The translations under genes were made by a program, and so were the position numbers. Shown piece after piece: positions 12,736 through 25,604 of a stretch of DNA of 58,841 nucleotides (the stretch's first letter is position 1; each line of letters begins with the position of its first letter). The notes beneath the pieces are model-generated. The model did no database searches, was not told the origin of the DNA, and saw only the letters and a list, made by a program, of their open reading frames with translations. This stretch comes from Guillardia theta CCMP2712 (Eukaryota; Protista; Cryptophyta). Location: assembly GCF_000315625.1 (NCBI RefSeq), contig NW_005434558.1, positions 1 to 58,841 of the forward strand, read 5' to 3'.

Positions 12736-13203
12736 ATGAAGGTGCACAGACCGACCTGACGAGTTAACCTTGGCAGAGCGAACAAGTCATCCAGGGGAAT
12801 GTGGATCCTTATGGGAACAATAGCGTGCTGCCAAGGCGGTGAGCTCTGTCGGATCAGAGAGGCAGAGGAGACTGACCGGAGATTGCTGGCAGGTTTGCAG
12901 ATGCTTCACTTCACAAGAGCAACGTCAAGATTCAGCATCCTTGCTTCACCACGACCGCGCATGACATCGGGTTCAAGAAACCGCAGCAAGTAGATATGCC
13001 GGTGAAGTGGAGGGGGAAGGAAGGAGTGTTCACGCGAGAGTTCGAGATGCGAGAACCTGGCAAGACAGGCATTACCGTCAATACGTAGCATCTCCTTCGT
13101 AACGTCTTTATCCTCTGACATGTTGCATAGATATGTGGATAGAGGGCTGAGGACCGGGAAAACCAAGTCAAAGGTTCACAAAGAGCTGGACGTGGATTTC
13201 TAG
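12736..13203 (+). CDS. PIERCE1/2 (DUF4490, FAP182-like) ciliary microtubule inner protein, multi-exon
   Basis: Spliced peptide ...LPRRFADASLHKSNVKIQHPCFTTTAHDIGFKKPQQVDMPVKWRGKEGVFTREF...YVDRGLRTGKTKSKVHKELDVDF*. It resembles the family pattern QHPxYxT...G...P...MP..W.G..G.FT..F...GL.T. Start codon uncertain. Confidence 0.65.
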
Positions 13204-13408
13204 ACGAGAGTAAAACAAAAAAATTGTACAACTTATTCAGCTTGTCAAACACTCAGTGCCAAATGTCCTTTATTGTCTCATTTTGCTGTTACAGTTGTTG
13301 TTTAAAAATTTAATCCTTAAGCGACATACCTGTTCAAAGTTGTGTCAGACTCTTCACGTGATAAGCAAACGAATGCACCTTCCTCCCTGCTAGTGGTGCA
13401 TCCAATGT

Positions 13409-13974
13409 TTAAAGTCCGCAGCAGCCGAGTCCAAGGCATCCCTTGCTAGAGGAGGAAGCTTTCGCCTGCTGCCCTGTCAGCCATCCTCCAACCATTCCTT
13501 CCTTCCTCACAGCCTCGACGGCCTTGGGCTTGTTGTTTTTCTTGAGGCACTTGCACCTATCAGACGATCAGCAACGTATAGACAGCTCTTTATCGCCTCC
13601 ACTCACTCCTCAAGAGCCCGGAAGGCGCCGTAGGCAGCAGCAGCGAGAAGACCCATGGGAGAGACAACAGCCTTGAACACAGTGCCGACGAGGGAGGCCT
13701 GTGATCCTATCAGAGGAGACCCATGTCCAAGTTCTCAATCATGTTTACCACTGGGTTGGTGTTGGAAACGGGTTTGGCCTCAGACTGGGCCTTGCTTCTT
13801 CCGAAGCCTCCCCTCAAGCGCATGGTGTTCGCGGAAGCCATCGCAAGACGGTTAGACATGATGCTCTGCAAGCTGTCAGGTCGCAGAAGTGTGTGAGCGA
13901 TCTCTCACTTGGCTGGGGGTGGAAACAGCCAGAGCGCAACCGATCATGCACAAGAGACCAGCGAAAACCTTCAT
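13409..13974 (-). CDS. Small signal-peptide protein with MRLRGG motif and one hydrophobic helix (4 exons)
   Basis: MKVFAGLLCMIGCALAVSTPAN|LQSIMSNRLAMASANTMRLRGGFGRSK...PV|ASLVGTVFKAVVSPMGLLAAAAYGAFRALEE|CKCLKK...GCCGL*, joined by three short GT-AG introns that keep the frame. Confidence 0.65.
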
Positions 13975-15475
13975 TCCTGTTCCGGCCGTTGTCAAGAATT
14001 CATCATCAACAATCAAGCAAAAAAAGATTGTAATCGATTTGTGTGAGATAGGAGCAGCGCAAAGAAGACATCAGCAATCAAATACAACTCTATTCCAGTA
14101 TAATTGATTCACAAGAACATTCAAAACACTCTCGAGTGATCCGTCTGCTCGCTTTTACCCGAGCGTAAGTCTTGACTAAGGACGGCCACTCATTCCTAAT
14201 TCCCCTTTTAATGTCTCGAGAGATGCCCTCTATCTCCCTGTCCTAACACCAGGGCCCTTTTAAACTCTGATCGAGGATGTCTAACTATTGTTTGCCTCTA
14301 CAACAGCAATATGTCCCGTTTTCACAATTGCACGACAGCCACCCCTAGAGTGCAGAAAAATTGAAGATGTCGATAGACCCACAAAGACGAGCACAACAAT
14401 CGGGGCTGTGCAACATTCACACGAATACAACAGGAAAAACTAATAACAACTCAAAATCGCAGAGAGATTGCATACAAAAGTCGCACTAAACAGTAAGGTA
14501 GGGGCAGAGGACGTGCTGAAGTATTACAGACATTCATTCGTCGGAAACGAGGTTCTAAACAGAAGACCGAGCTCAGAAGCATACACGTAGGCCAAGAACA
14601 TGGACGTGAGGAGATTCAAGAGCAGATGCGACAAGAAATCTGACTGCGCCATGCCTCTGCCGCTTACCGGAACTCGCCATTGCTGAGGGAGGAGGGATCC
14701 TGTAACCGCTTGGCGGCAGAGGTTTTTTTACTCTATGGAATCTTCAAATGTAGCTTGTGAAATGTACAGGTGCAACCCCAAATTACCTAGAATTTAATGA
14801 AAATATTATCATGATAATCGAAATTCACAACCTCAAAAGACCCTACCGGTAAAGGACGCGGCTGAAAAACTTGTCAGAAGGACATCAAATGTGGGCCATA
14901 GGATGCTGATAAATTAGGGGTAGGGGTAGTCAAAAGGGGGGTAGAAAAATATGAATCGGGGACTGAAAGTGAAATTGGTGGGTGGGGGTTTAGACATCAA
15001 TAAAGAAATGCGATGTTTTCAGGATACTCGCAGAGGGGTATGTCTGGAGAATGGGGGTGCTGTGTTGATAGTAGGGGTAGGGTGTTTCACTTGAGGGGTA
15101 GTGGAAAATGGAGGGTAGTGGGTACTGATCCGGGGGAGAAGAACCTGAGGAAAACAGGGGGGGGAGGTATCAAGGGGTGGGGTACTTCAGTGTTGTCTGG
15201 GGGGGTACATTCATGATGGGACATTATCCCTAGTTTGGGTGGTTGTGGGGAGTCTTTTTGTCAGCTGGCGAGGCAGACTCGGATTCGATCGAACAAAAAA
15301 GACAGCAAGAACAAACCCTCGATTTCCGACAACTGCCACCAAAATTAACTGATATCTTCATATGAAATGTATCAATTTTTAATTACTTAACTGGAAGGAG
15401 GAAAAGGAGGAAAGGGTATGATGAGCCTCAGTCGGAGTAGCCAACAACGGTCCGGTCCGCCTCACTACAAAACTG

Positions 15476-15815
15476 AGTGACTAGCCGTTTGGCCTGTGCG
15501 ACAGTGCCACGGTCAGGGTCAAGCCTCCTCGTCTCTCCTGATTGTCCTCGTCACTGCTTTTTAACTTAACTTTGAGTAAAGGAAGCCGTCACGGTAGAAC
15601 TCGGAAGGCTCCGGAAGACTCCGGGCGGGGCCGACTGGCCGGGCCGCCGCCGGGCTGCGCGGCCATCGAAACTGACCGGCAAAGCCTTTTCATTTACTCA
15701 AAGTTAAGTTAAAGATCAGTACGAGGACAATCCGGCCCTGAGAGTCGAGGAGCCGCTGGCTCAACGGTTGACACTGGCCTGACACTGTCCGATCAGGCTG
15801 TACAGCCTAGTACTC
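15476..15815. mobile_element. Two inverted copies of a ~110-bp short interspersed element (MITE or mini-Helitron-like) around a GC-rich spacer
   Basis: GATTGTCCTCGT...TTTAACTTAACTTTGAGTAAA (15540-15580) is near reverse-complementary to TTTACTCAAAGTTAAGTTAAAGATCAGTACGAGGACAATC (15693-15732). Further fragments at about 23516-23533 and 43890-43932. Confidence 0.7.
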
Positions 15816-16280
15816 GGAGGCTTGAACCGTGACCACCCCGGGCCCGGCGGCGCCGGGCAGGGGCCGGCACTGCCGGCCGGGCGCCCGGCGCGCACTGCCG
15901 GGGGGCGGCCGCGCACTCGGAGGCTGCGGCCCGGGCGCAGAGGCCGCGTGATGCCAGTGACAAGCCGCGGGCCGCGTGACCGTCACGACTGAGGGGACTC
16001 GGCTCGAAGAATGTGACGGCGCCGCCGGCGGCCGCAAGGGCCGGGGAGGCTCAGCGTGTGCCACGCACGGTACTACGGTACGGTCCGATCCTGACTCCGT
16101 GGCAGCAGGCGGGCACTCAGAAAGCCCGGCGCCCGGCCGCGGGCCCTTGCGGCCGGAACTTCGGAACTTGAGTGATGAGTTCACGGCATGCACCGTCACG
16201 CGTGACTGAGCCTGTTCCGATCATGATTGATTGGCGGGCCCACCGCAGTGACTCTGTGACTCGGCGGATTCAAGCCTGTG
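15600..16280. repeat. GC-rich patch of short palindromic motifs (also about 34780-35110, 39330-39900, 43680-44100)
   Basis: Dense CCGG, GGCC, GCGGC, CAGTG/CACTG, ACGGT, GAGTC/GACTC, TCGGA motifs; no credible ORF. Confidence 0.7.
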
Positions 16281-16967
16281 CCAGACTGCGGCGACTTTTC
16301 CAATACTTTTCCTTTAGTTTTTTGTCAATTTTATTGTTTCGCAATATTTCAAACCACAAACTTCCATGGCAAGGCGTACATGCTGCTCTCGAACCAGGCT
16401 TGTGCTTGCCCCACTCCTTGATCAGAGCACTGAAATCACTTGATGACTGTGTTGTCTCTTCAGTTGTGTGCTTGTACTCGCTACATGACTCTACTGTCTC
16501 TTCATGGATGCACTTGTACGTGCTTCATGACTGAGCTGCACTATGGCTTGTGCTACCTCAGTGCCATTGTGCTTCATAACTGAAGAGGACGCGTGGATGG
16601 GCGGAACACCCTCCCAGGGTGCCCTTCCCTCTTTACACACGACCTTTCTGCTTTTACCCAGGGGCGAGCCATATTTCAAGTCATCCATTGTAAATGCTCA
16701 AAATCGCAATGGACTCGGCCATCATGAAAGTCAATGCGTTCGCGCGCGGTACTGACGGCAACCGAGCACGCCCTTCTGCATTCCGAATCGGAGAACGGGG
16801 CCGCACCGTGCGGCTCACCTCTGACAACATGGGCTACACGACAACATGGGCTACACGACAACATGGGCTACACGCCGATTTGAACATGCTAACAAGGCAG
16901 GGGAGGAGATTGAGGGCGAGAGAGATGTAGAGATAAGGAGAGAAGAAGAGAACGCGAGACGAAGACG

Positions 16968-17132
16968 ACGATGATGCTATGTCAAGGGAGATAGAACGAT
17001 GATGCTATGTCAAGGGAGATAGAACGATGATGCTATGTCAAGGGAGATAGAACGATGATGCTATGTCAAGGGAGATAGAACGATGATGCTAGGTCAAGGG
17101 AGATAAAACGATGATGCTATGTCAAGGGAGAT
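16968..17132. repeat. 28-bp tandem repeat, about 6 copies
   Basis: ACGATGATGCTATGTCAAGGGAGATAGA repeated without spacers. Confidence 0.95.
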
Positions 17133-17149
17133 GTCAATGAAGGGATTCG

Positions 17150-20100
17150 ATGGACATGAAGTCGTTCACATGTCGTAGGGGTCCCCCAAATAGCCGAGCA
17201 AACGTGTTGAGCATCCAGAAATTGAGGGAGGAGAATCGAGATACAAGATCCTTCTCTTTGAATGTCAGGTGAATAACGGTGGTTAGTTGTAGGTTTGGTG
17301 GAGGTTTCCTCCGTGCTCGGGACCGTGTCAACACAGAATCAATATGCGTCAAGCCATCGGCATTGGCGTCATCCTGGGCTTCAATGCTGCAGGTATCCTG
17401 TAGCATGGTGCGCCCTCTGCTCCTCTCTAAGCTGCATGTCCCAGGAGAGGCAGTCGTAGAGAACCTCGCTCCATGCTGGGCAGCAGCCCTGTCAGGTCAG
17501 ATCGCCAAAGGAGATACCATCCTCAGAGGTGAGGACGCAAGTCCCTGGCGCCGCTGACAGCCTCCCAGTCAACGGGCAGTCTGTGCAGGACAGCAGCCCA
17601 GAGGTCCCGATCTCCATGAGGCTCGCCAGGTCTCATGCGCATGTCCGCCGGCTCGGCATGACGGTGTGCGCTGCAGGTTGAGGGACCGGATCCTGGGCCC
17701 TGAGAACACTCTTGTGGGTATGAAGCTACGGCATGCGGATGTGAGTTGGAGGATGATGGGAGCTTTGGTGATGCTGCTGCAGGGATCTGAGCATGATATC
17801 CACGTTGTTCGCTTCCGTGGAAGTAATTCCTCCTTCCCCCTCCTCTCCTCCCCTCCTCTCCTCTCCCCCTCCTCTCCTCCCCCCTCCTCTCCTTACCATC
17901 CTCAAGCTCCTTTACGCTCTTTTGTGCTTCTATCTGAGAGATGTTGCAGCATCGGCTGAATGCGAGACCCAGCAACTGCACCTGACTGCAGGTGGCGCAC
18001 CACTCTCCTCCAATCGTCTCCTCTGGCTTCCTCCTCCCTCCTTACCCTGCTCTATTTTTCTCTCCTCCACCACCTCTTCCCGATCCGTCCACTTGCTCCT
18101 CTCCCTCCTTCGTGCAAAACCCCACACCCTCCTACCCGCCAGCCCCACACCAACCCTCCTCCTCTCAAAGTATCCCAGGGATCGGCATCGACGTTGTGAA
18201 GAACGCTGAAGGGAAGTGCATCGTGAGGTGAAGTCCTGGCGAGCGTGCGATAGGAGCTGACGCTTCAGCAGCGCCATGTCCGAAGGAGGAGCAGCGAAGA
18301 GCACTGGGCTGCTGAAGGTGCCTAGCTGCCCCCCTTGCTGTCTGTTAGACCTTTCTCTTGCCTTGCTGTGGAGGCAGAGCAAGTAGCTCGTGAGGTAGCA
18401 ACGGATGTTGGTTGTTGGTAGGAGCTCAGGAGTTCCGTTGAGCCGTCAGGTTACTCGTTGACGAACGAGAGTTTGTGTAGCCGTGCTCCATAGGCCGCAC
18501 TGAGATGATGTGGAGCGAGGCAGAAGGTCTGGTGGGCTTGCGGCACACAGGCAGGAAGGACAAGGGAGGGAGGGAGGGAAGAGGAAGAGGAGGAGAGAAG
18601 ATATGTCTATCTTTGTAGCATAATCCTTGCGTCAGGTGGGAGATGAGATAGTATCAATCAACGGCGCCTCCTGTGCTGGCCTGTCAAAGCTTCAGGTCCT
18701 TCAAGCATCGCAGGGCGTCTCCTATACCAGAGTCTTCCTCTCCGTCAGAAACCACCAGCGAAAAGTGAGGAAAAATCCCATGATATCCTCCTCCTTTTCT
18801 CTCCTCCTCTCCTACTCTTTCACGTCCTCCTCTTCTCTTCCACCTCTATACCCACCTCCGCTGCTCTGCTCTCTCCACCTCCTCCTCGCCTATGGTTTCT
18901 CGTGGCGGCCCTGTGTATTCTTTCCTCCCCAAGTGAGTTCCTATATCTCAGTCTTCACTCAGGCTTTCGATATCACAATCGTTCGGATGCACAACTTGTC
19001 CAAAAGCGCACAGGTAACTTCCCCTCCCCTCCCTCCCTCCCTCCCTCCCTCCCTCCCTCCCTCCCTCCTCCCTCCTCTCTCCACTCCTCCCGCTCCTTCT
19101 CCCTCCCTTCCCCCTCCTTCGCTCACCTCCCAGCAGGAGCTCGCTGTCTCCTACCGAGCTCTCCTCGCGAAGCTTCTCCTCCGTCGAGGTAACAAGAGCT
19201 GGGGTACGGCTGGCAGCTGACTTGAGGGCAGAACGAACGAGCATGCCAGATAAGGAAAACGAGCCAGCGAACAAGCAAACTGCTCCCGCTCCTGCTCCCG
19301 CTCCCGCTCCTGCTCCTGCTCCTACGTGGGCGACGGAGGGGGGCAAGAGCAGGGAAAAGGTGTTGTCCGAGGGTCAGGAGGACACGGCGACTCGTCCGGT
19401 TGCTCTTCATGGAGAGAGAAGAAGGAAGGGATTAACAGAGGCGGAGCAGGTGGAGCAGGGGACCTCCCTCCCTCCCTTCCAGCTGCAGATCAGCGGAGAC
19501 ATCGAGGAGGGAAGGATTGCGCGTGCTATCTATGGATACAATGCAATCCGGTCTCCTCCATTCCCTCCCCCCTCCTCCTTTCCCCCCTCCTCCCTTCCCT
19601 CCCTCCAACTTACTCCTTCTGTCTCCTCCTTTCTCCCCCTCCCCCCCTTCCCTGCAACTTTCTTCTTCTTTCCCTGCCCCTGCCTCTCCTTGTTTTTCCT
19701 CTCTCTTACTATTTGCAGAGGAGATGAGCTTTCTTTTAAGCCCAACGATATCCTCACTATCCTCTCCCGCTCAAAGGTAACACTCCCTCCCTCCCTTCCC
19801 TCCCTCCCTCCCTTCCCTCCCTCCCTCTCTCCCTCATCCCCTTCTGACGGGTGAGACAGGACAAGGGCTGGTTGGTGGCTTTGCTGGACGGCAAACGGGG
19901 TCACGTACCTGAAAATCATCTCGGCTACATCTCGAAGGGTGAGCGATCACGAATTAATCCTCCTCTCTCCTTCTCTGTACTCCTCCTTCACTATCTCCTC
20001 CTCCTTCACTATCTCCTCCTCCTTCACTATCTCCTCCTCCTTCACTATCTCCTCCTCCTTCACTATCTCCTCCTCCTTCACTATCTCCTCGTGCTGCAGA

Positions 20101-20364
20101 TAACTTTCTCACCTCCTTTTTCAGTTTCCCCGCCCTCATCGCAGGAGCATACCTCACTACCTTCCTCCTCCCCTCCTCCATCGTCTCCTCCCCCAACCTC
20201 TCCTCAGCTGCTCCCCGACATCGCAGCAGGCAGCGAGCTGCTCAAGGTGATGACTTTGCTCGCATGCTCTCGCATGACCGGGGGAGCAGCCTCTCTCCTA
20301 CGTCCACGAGCTTGAAAGGGACCAGGACAGATGTGAAAAGAGACAGCCAGCAGGAGCAGTGACG

Positions 20365-20398
<34 letters not shown>

Positions 20399-20403
20399 TG
20401 ACG

Positions 20404-20478
<75 letters not shown>

Positions 20479-23025
20479 CCAGATCGAGCTGCTTGTCGCT
20501 CATCTTCGGTCGATTTGTCAGCCCTGGATCCGCGATGCTCGCAGGTGTCGCCGGTCGCTGCTGCCTCGACGCGACTCTGGTCCTCCTGCTCGGGCATTGA
20601 GAATCCTCTTCCTCTTGCCGACGTCAAGAGCTCCAGGTTTAAGTAAGTTCTCCTGCTCCTCCTCCTGCATCATACCCACTTCATCCTTCCTCACCTCATC
20701 CTTCCTCTTCTTCATCATATCTTTCTCCTCCTTCCTCTTCTCTTTCCCTCTCTCTTTCATCCTTCACAAATCCCTATCTTCATTCTCCTGCTCATGACCT
20801 TCTTTCTCCTGCTCTGCTACTGCAGGCAGCTCATCATCAGCGGCTGCCCGCTTGACCAAATCCGGAGCTGCAAGGTATTTATCCTCATTGCCTTCCTCCG
20901 CTTCTGATCCCGCCCTCCCCCCTTCTTCCTCCTTCCCCTCCCCTTTCCCGCTTCTGATCCATGCTTGGCAGAACGATCGCGAGCTCGACGCTCTGGCACA
21001 CATCCTTGGGGGGAGGTGATGGGACGAGCAGTAGCGCAAGCAGGGAGTGAGGAGCCTGCAGGTTCGACGATCGAGGGGTTGACCAGCACGTAGCTGCTGA
21101 GGAAGAACGACCCCTATCCTCCTCCTCCCTCCTTGAAATTCAGATCATCGGGTACCTCTCTGCCGCCCTCAACCTCTTGCTTCCCCACCTCCCCCGCCAC
21201 TCTCCTCTCCTCTCCTCTCCTACTTCCCTCCTCACCCTTTCTCTCCAGAGCTAAGAACCTCCCTGTCATCGGCAAGGTCCTCCACAGCTTCCTCCTCGTT
21301 ACAGCTGTTGACAAGCATACAGACCAACGGCTCCTTGCTCTTCTGCACTATCTCCTATGCTGGCACGACAGTTCGGACCTCCTCCTCTCGATACAGGTCC
21401 TGCCCCCTCCCACTGCCTCCCTCCTCCTCCCTCCTCCTCCCTCCTCCCTCCTCCCTCCTCCCTGCTCCCTGCTCCCTCTTTTACCGTTTCCTCCCTCCCC
21501 ACTTCTCCTTCTAACCGGCGGCAGCAGCTCGTTGGCAAGTTTCAACGAGCGTTTCTACTTCTTCGAGGAGGAGGGGCAGGACAACGTCCGAGTGTCTGTG
21601 CTGTGCCGAGGAGAGCACGGAGAGAGAGTCATAGGGGAGGCGAGAGTCGAGGTGTGTTCTCACCCCCCCTCTCTCTCCCCCACCTCATCCTCCTCTCCCC
21701 CTCCTTTTCTTTCTCCTCCTCCTCCTCCTCCTCCCCTCCCCCCACCTTTCCCTTCTCTTCCGCTCGTCCTCTTTCGTCCTCTTCCTCTCATCCACTGCCG
21801 CCTCCTCCTATTTCCGCACTTTCTTGTCTCTGCAAGGGAGACTTATTTATGGTCATAGCTCAAGGGGGCAGCAGTGAAAAACGAAATCGAAGTAAGATTT
21901 TCCCTCCCTCCCTCTCCCTCCCTCCCCCCTCTGCTCGCCTTCTGCTCCCCCCTCCTCCCCCCTCTGATCTCCTTCTGCTCCTCCCTCCCTCTCTTCACTG
22001 TCCCTCAGGGATGGTTCGATCTGAGCAAGCAGAGCGCCCTTGTGGTCGGCAGCACTGGGGTGAGCCTCAACTCACTCCCCCAGCTGAGCTGAGAAGAAGG
22101 CAGATCGCCGCGCTCCAGGTCAAGGCGAAGCTGCACGAGCACGGGAGGAAGGAGGAAGGAGGAGGACGAGGGGCGAGGCAGGAGGAGAACAACAAGATTG
22201 AAATCAGCTGCGATACGAGGGAGGCTGTCTGCCCCAAGTGCCAGATCTACTTGCAGAGGAAGGAGGCGGAGATTGCACATCAGTTTGAGGTTCCTTGCCC
22301 TCCGCCTCCTCCCCGCCTGATCCTTTCGCTAGCTGAAGCTCCAGTGCAAACTGCGGGACATTCAACGCAAGAGGCACGAGGTGAAGCCCCGCCCCTCCCC
22401 CCCTTCCCGCAGCCGCCCGCCTCTGACTCCAGCTGCCAGGACGCCCAGAAGTCACTCTCCTATGCTGGTCTGCTCCTCGCCCCTCACGACCCGTCTCCTT
22501 ACACCCAGCAGGATCTGGCGAGCTGGGAGACCAGAGGATGATTTCCCAGCTGGGAGCTCTGCAGGTGACCAGCTGGCATCGTGGCTGCCGTAGGGGGTGG
22601 AGATAGCTCAGTGACGTGGCAGATGGAGAACGAGAGGCTGGCCAAGGAGCTGCACTCCCTGCGGGCTGAGATGAGAAGAGCTGAGAACGGCAGGACGGGT
22701 TCAGGTGGGGTCATCGTCTGCTCAACTTTGCGGTTGACGGGTCGGCTGACGGGCCCAGCAGAGCTCGAGCGGGAGCAACAGTTGATCATCCAGAACTGGG
22801 GTGAGCGGCCGACGACCTCGTGTCCTCTGAGGAGCTGAGAAGTCCGGCAGGCGCATCCCTGAGGAAGTTCCGGGGAGATTGCAGGAGGTCGAACCTGACA
22901 CCTTTCTGTGAGGTGAGAAACTTGCCGGCTAGGTGGGGTCGAGCTGAGTGCTGACGTGTGTTCAGGACTTCCTCGAGGATTGCTTCAGGCTGCGAGAGGT
23001 TCTCACGTCCTCCAAGTTCGGGTGA
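17150..23025 (+). CDS. Multi-exon PDZ-PDZ-SH3-C2/coiled-coil signalling protein
   Basis: PDZ1: IGIGVILGF...AAALSGQIAKGDTIL. PDZ2: GIGIDVVK...VGDEIVSINGASC. SH3: ARAIYGYNA..GDELSFKPNDIL..GWLVALLDGKRGHVPENHL. C2-like: AKNLP..FNERFYF..IGEARVE..GWFDL. Start approximate. Confidence 0.8.
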
Positions 23026-23459
23026 CTGACTGACTTTGCCCCTCCCCTTTCCCCTTCGCCCCTCCTGCCGTCCCTGTCCCTCCCGTCACATCCTCCTCGT
23101 GCTCCTCCCCTCGCTCTCTGTCATCCTCTTCTTCCTCCTCCCTCTAACTTAGCACATACAGTTCCAACGCAGAGACAGCACAGATTCTCGAACAAACCGA
23201 GATGACAATCAACGAGTGAGTGACTTGCGGAAGAAACGAGGGAGTGACAGAGGCCCGAACAGAGGGAGGGAGGAGGAGCCTGTAGTTGTGGTGCCAGTGG
23301 TGGAAGAGGAGGCGATGATGATGATGGGATGATGCTGATCGATGCTGATGGCAGGTCGATCAACGTGAGTTATGAAGACAGCGAGAGTGACAGGTCCATT
23401 CGTTTCTTCTAGTCATTCACTAGTGTCATGTACGGTGTTGATAGTAAACTTCTCCTAAA

Positions 23460-23702
23460 GGTCCCCGGGCCCGGGCCTGTGCCACCGACTCTGATGTGTC
23501 GACTCACATCGCCTGCCTTTACTCAAAGTTAACTCACATTATCATGATCAGAGTACGATGACATCTCACATTATCATGATCGGAGTCCAATCACATCTCG
23601 GATGATCGGACATGATCCGATCATCACTATAATCCGATGCCATGATGTTCGATCATCACTATAATCCGATGTTCGATCATGATCGGAGTCCGATGATCGA
23701 GT
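23460..23702. repeat. Intergenic low-complexity repeat rich in GATC/TCATGA/TCCGAT with local duplications
   Basis: CTCACATTATCATGATC x2 and CGATCATCACTATAATCCGATG x2. Confidence 0.7.
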
Positions 23703-23815
23703 GAGTTCAGGCTTCAATTTCTTTCTTTTTCTTTTTCTTTTTCTTTTTCGTTTTTTTTAAACTTTTTTTTTCCTTTCTTTTTTCCCTACTTTTCGAGGCA
23801 AACTCCACCACCATC

Positions 23816-25588
23816 ATGCAGGGGCGCCAGGGCGTCGCGCTGCTGTTGCTGGCGGCGACATGGCAGCAGGCGGAGAGCTTCATGCAGGTCGCTCCCTCGT
23901 CAAGGATGCTCCATCCTACGAGCACGCGAACATGCTTGCGCATGTCTGTGGAGAAGGGATCGCGGGTGAGGCCGTTGCTGTTGTTTCACGTTTTCGTCTT
24001 GATCCATGAACATGCGAGGAGGAGGGGATTTAGTTCCGGAATGACTCGAGCGACAGGTGGCTGTTGTCCCTGCGTATGAGAGAACAGGAATCTGTGTCAC
24101 CAAGGTCCTCGTCGACAACTCTTTCAAGCCCGTGGTTCAAGTACCTGCTCCTGCTCCTCCTTCTCGTCCTCCCCTCCTCAGTGACTCTTGGCCCCTCAGG
24201 TGCCTCCGGGCTTCACCGACAAGTCTCCTCTCCGATGGCCCATCGACGGCTTCCCCAACCATGTTCCCGAGGGTGTGCAGGTAGCAGGAGCAGAGGGGAG
24301 TGGCAGCAGGGGGAGGGCGTGACTGAAAGGTTGTGCAGTTGGTGAACGATCAGTTGCCTGTTGTCAAAGGGCTTGTCATCGCGACCGAGGAGAGTGCGGG
24401 AGTTGTCCCTTGCTATCCGCTGAGTGTTTGCGGTGCAGGATCCGGCCGATTCCCAGCAGCTCCGATACTTCCTGGGCGGGATCCAGGGGCTAGAGAAGTG
24501 AATCGTCAACAAGGGTCAGGATGGGACTAACGGCGTGTGACGCTAGGGTTGTGATGATGTCAAGAGTTGGAGTAGACAGGAAGGATGAACTGTTGTTCAA
24601 GTTCAACCCGTTCCTGAAGATCGGCAAGTGGTGAGGAGCCGTACCCAGCCCCTCGTCCTCTCCTCAGCCCTGAGGGCAGGTACGAGATAGAGGAGACCCT
24701 CAAGCAGTGTGCTGCTGAGCAAGGCTTCGACTACACCATCGTCCGCACAGGTCGACCTCTCCTCACGCCTCCTCGCAAGCCGCTGCAAGGCGTTGACTTG
24801 CTGCAGCAGGCCAGCTGCAGGGCGGGCCCTTCTATAACTCCAACCGCGAGTTCCAGTCTGCTCTGGAGGGGAACCTCTTCGACTTCGAGCACCAGGTGCC
24901 TGATGAGCGACAGGAAGGGACCACTGGCTCATCCTCTTCCTCTGCAGTCTTTCCAGGTCTCCTTGACCGACCGCATCGACGGCAGTACCTCCCGCGACCT
25001 CGCGTCGACCGCCCTCTTCGAGGTACATGCTCCTGCTCCCCGTCCTCCCTCGTGCGGGGGTGACTTCGATCTCAAGGCTCTCCAACGAGACGTCAAGACG
25101 TTCAGCATCATCTCGAAGAAGGAGGGATTCGTGCCTTGCTCTGTGAAGAACCACATGCAGGTGCCCTGCTCTCTCACCTAGCTCTTGCTCGTCCCTCCAG
25201 AACCCTCCTCCCCCTGGACCTCTAGCTTTGTTCTACTCCCTTCTGCTCCTTCCAGAGCCTGTCACATCCTCTCTTTGCAAGATTCTCTGCTTCCTTACAT
25301 GTGACTATGTCGGGTCTGTGTATCCTTCTTCGTTCTTGGAGCAAGTCTTGTCACGTTGGAATCAGTTTCTCGATTTTGTCTCTTTCTTCATCGTGTAACT
25401 TTTGATTTATTCTTCACTGATGATCCTTCCTTTGCCTGAAACGCACAGTGCCCTGCAGCCAACACCAAGAGCCGAACGGTATACTCCTCCTCCACCTCCT
25501 CTTGCTGTCCGACTTTCTGCTCACGTTCCCTCAGGTCTACACGCCTTCTCCATCCGAGTGGGAGCAGGCGTTCTCGCAAGCCTCCTAG
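23816..25588 (+). CDS. Plastid-targeted atypical NAD(P)-binding Rossmann-fold (NAD_binding_10-like) protein, multi-exon
   Basis: Signal peptide ending AES|F plus S/R-rich transit peptide. Motifs VVMMSRVGVDR, FDYTIVRTGQLQGGP, TSRDLASTALFE; last exon VYTPSPSEWEQAFSQAS*. Confidence 0.8.
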
Positions 25589-25604
25589 GGCAGCAACACG
25601 TTTC

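Noticed and set aside
14190-14665. Possible tiny minus-strand multi-exon gene (also about 45520-45890)
   Set aside because: Splice-like sites are present, but I could not build a consistent, recognisable reading frame.
16968-17132. CRISPR-sized 28-bp repeats
   Set aside because: Head-to-tail copies without spacers.
17790-22100. Many Pro/Ser/Leu-rich or Gly/Arg/Glu-rich ORFs
   Set aside because: Translations of CT-rich introns and their complements in the PDZ/SH3 gene.
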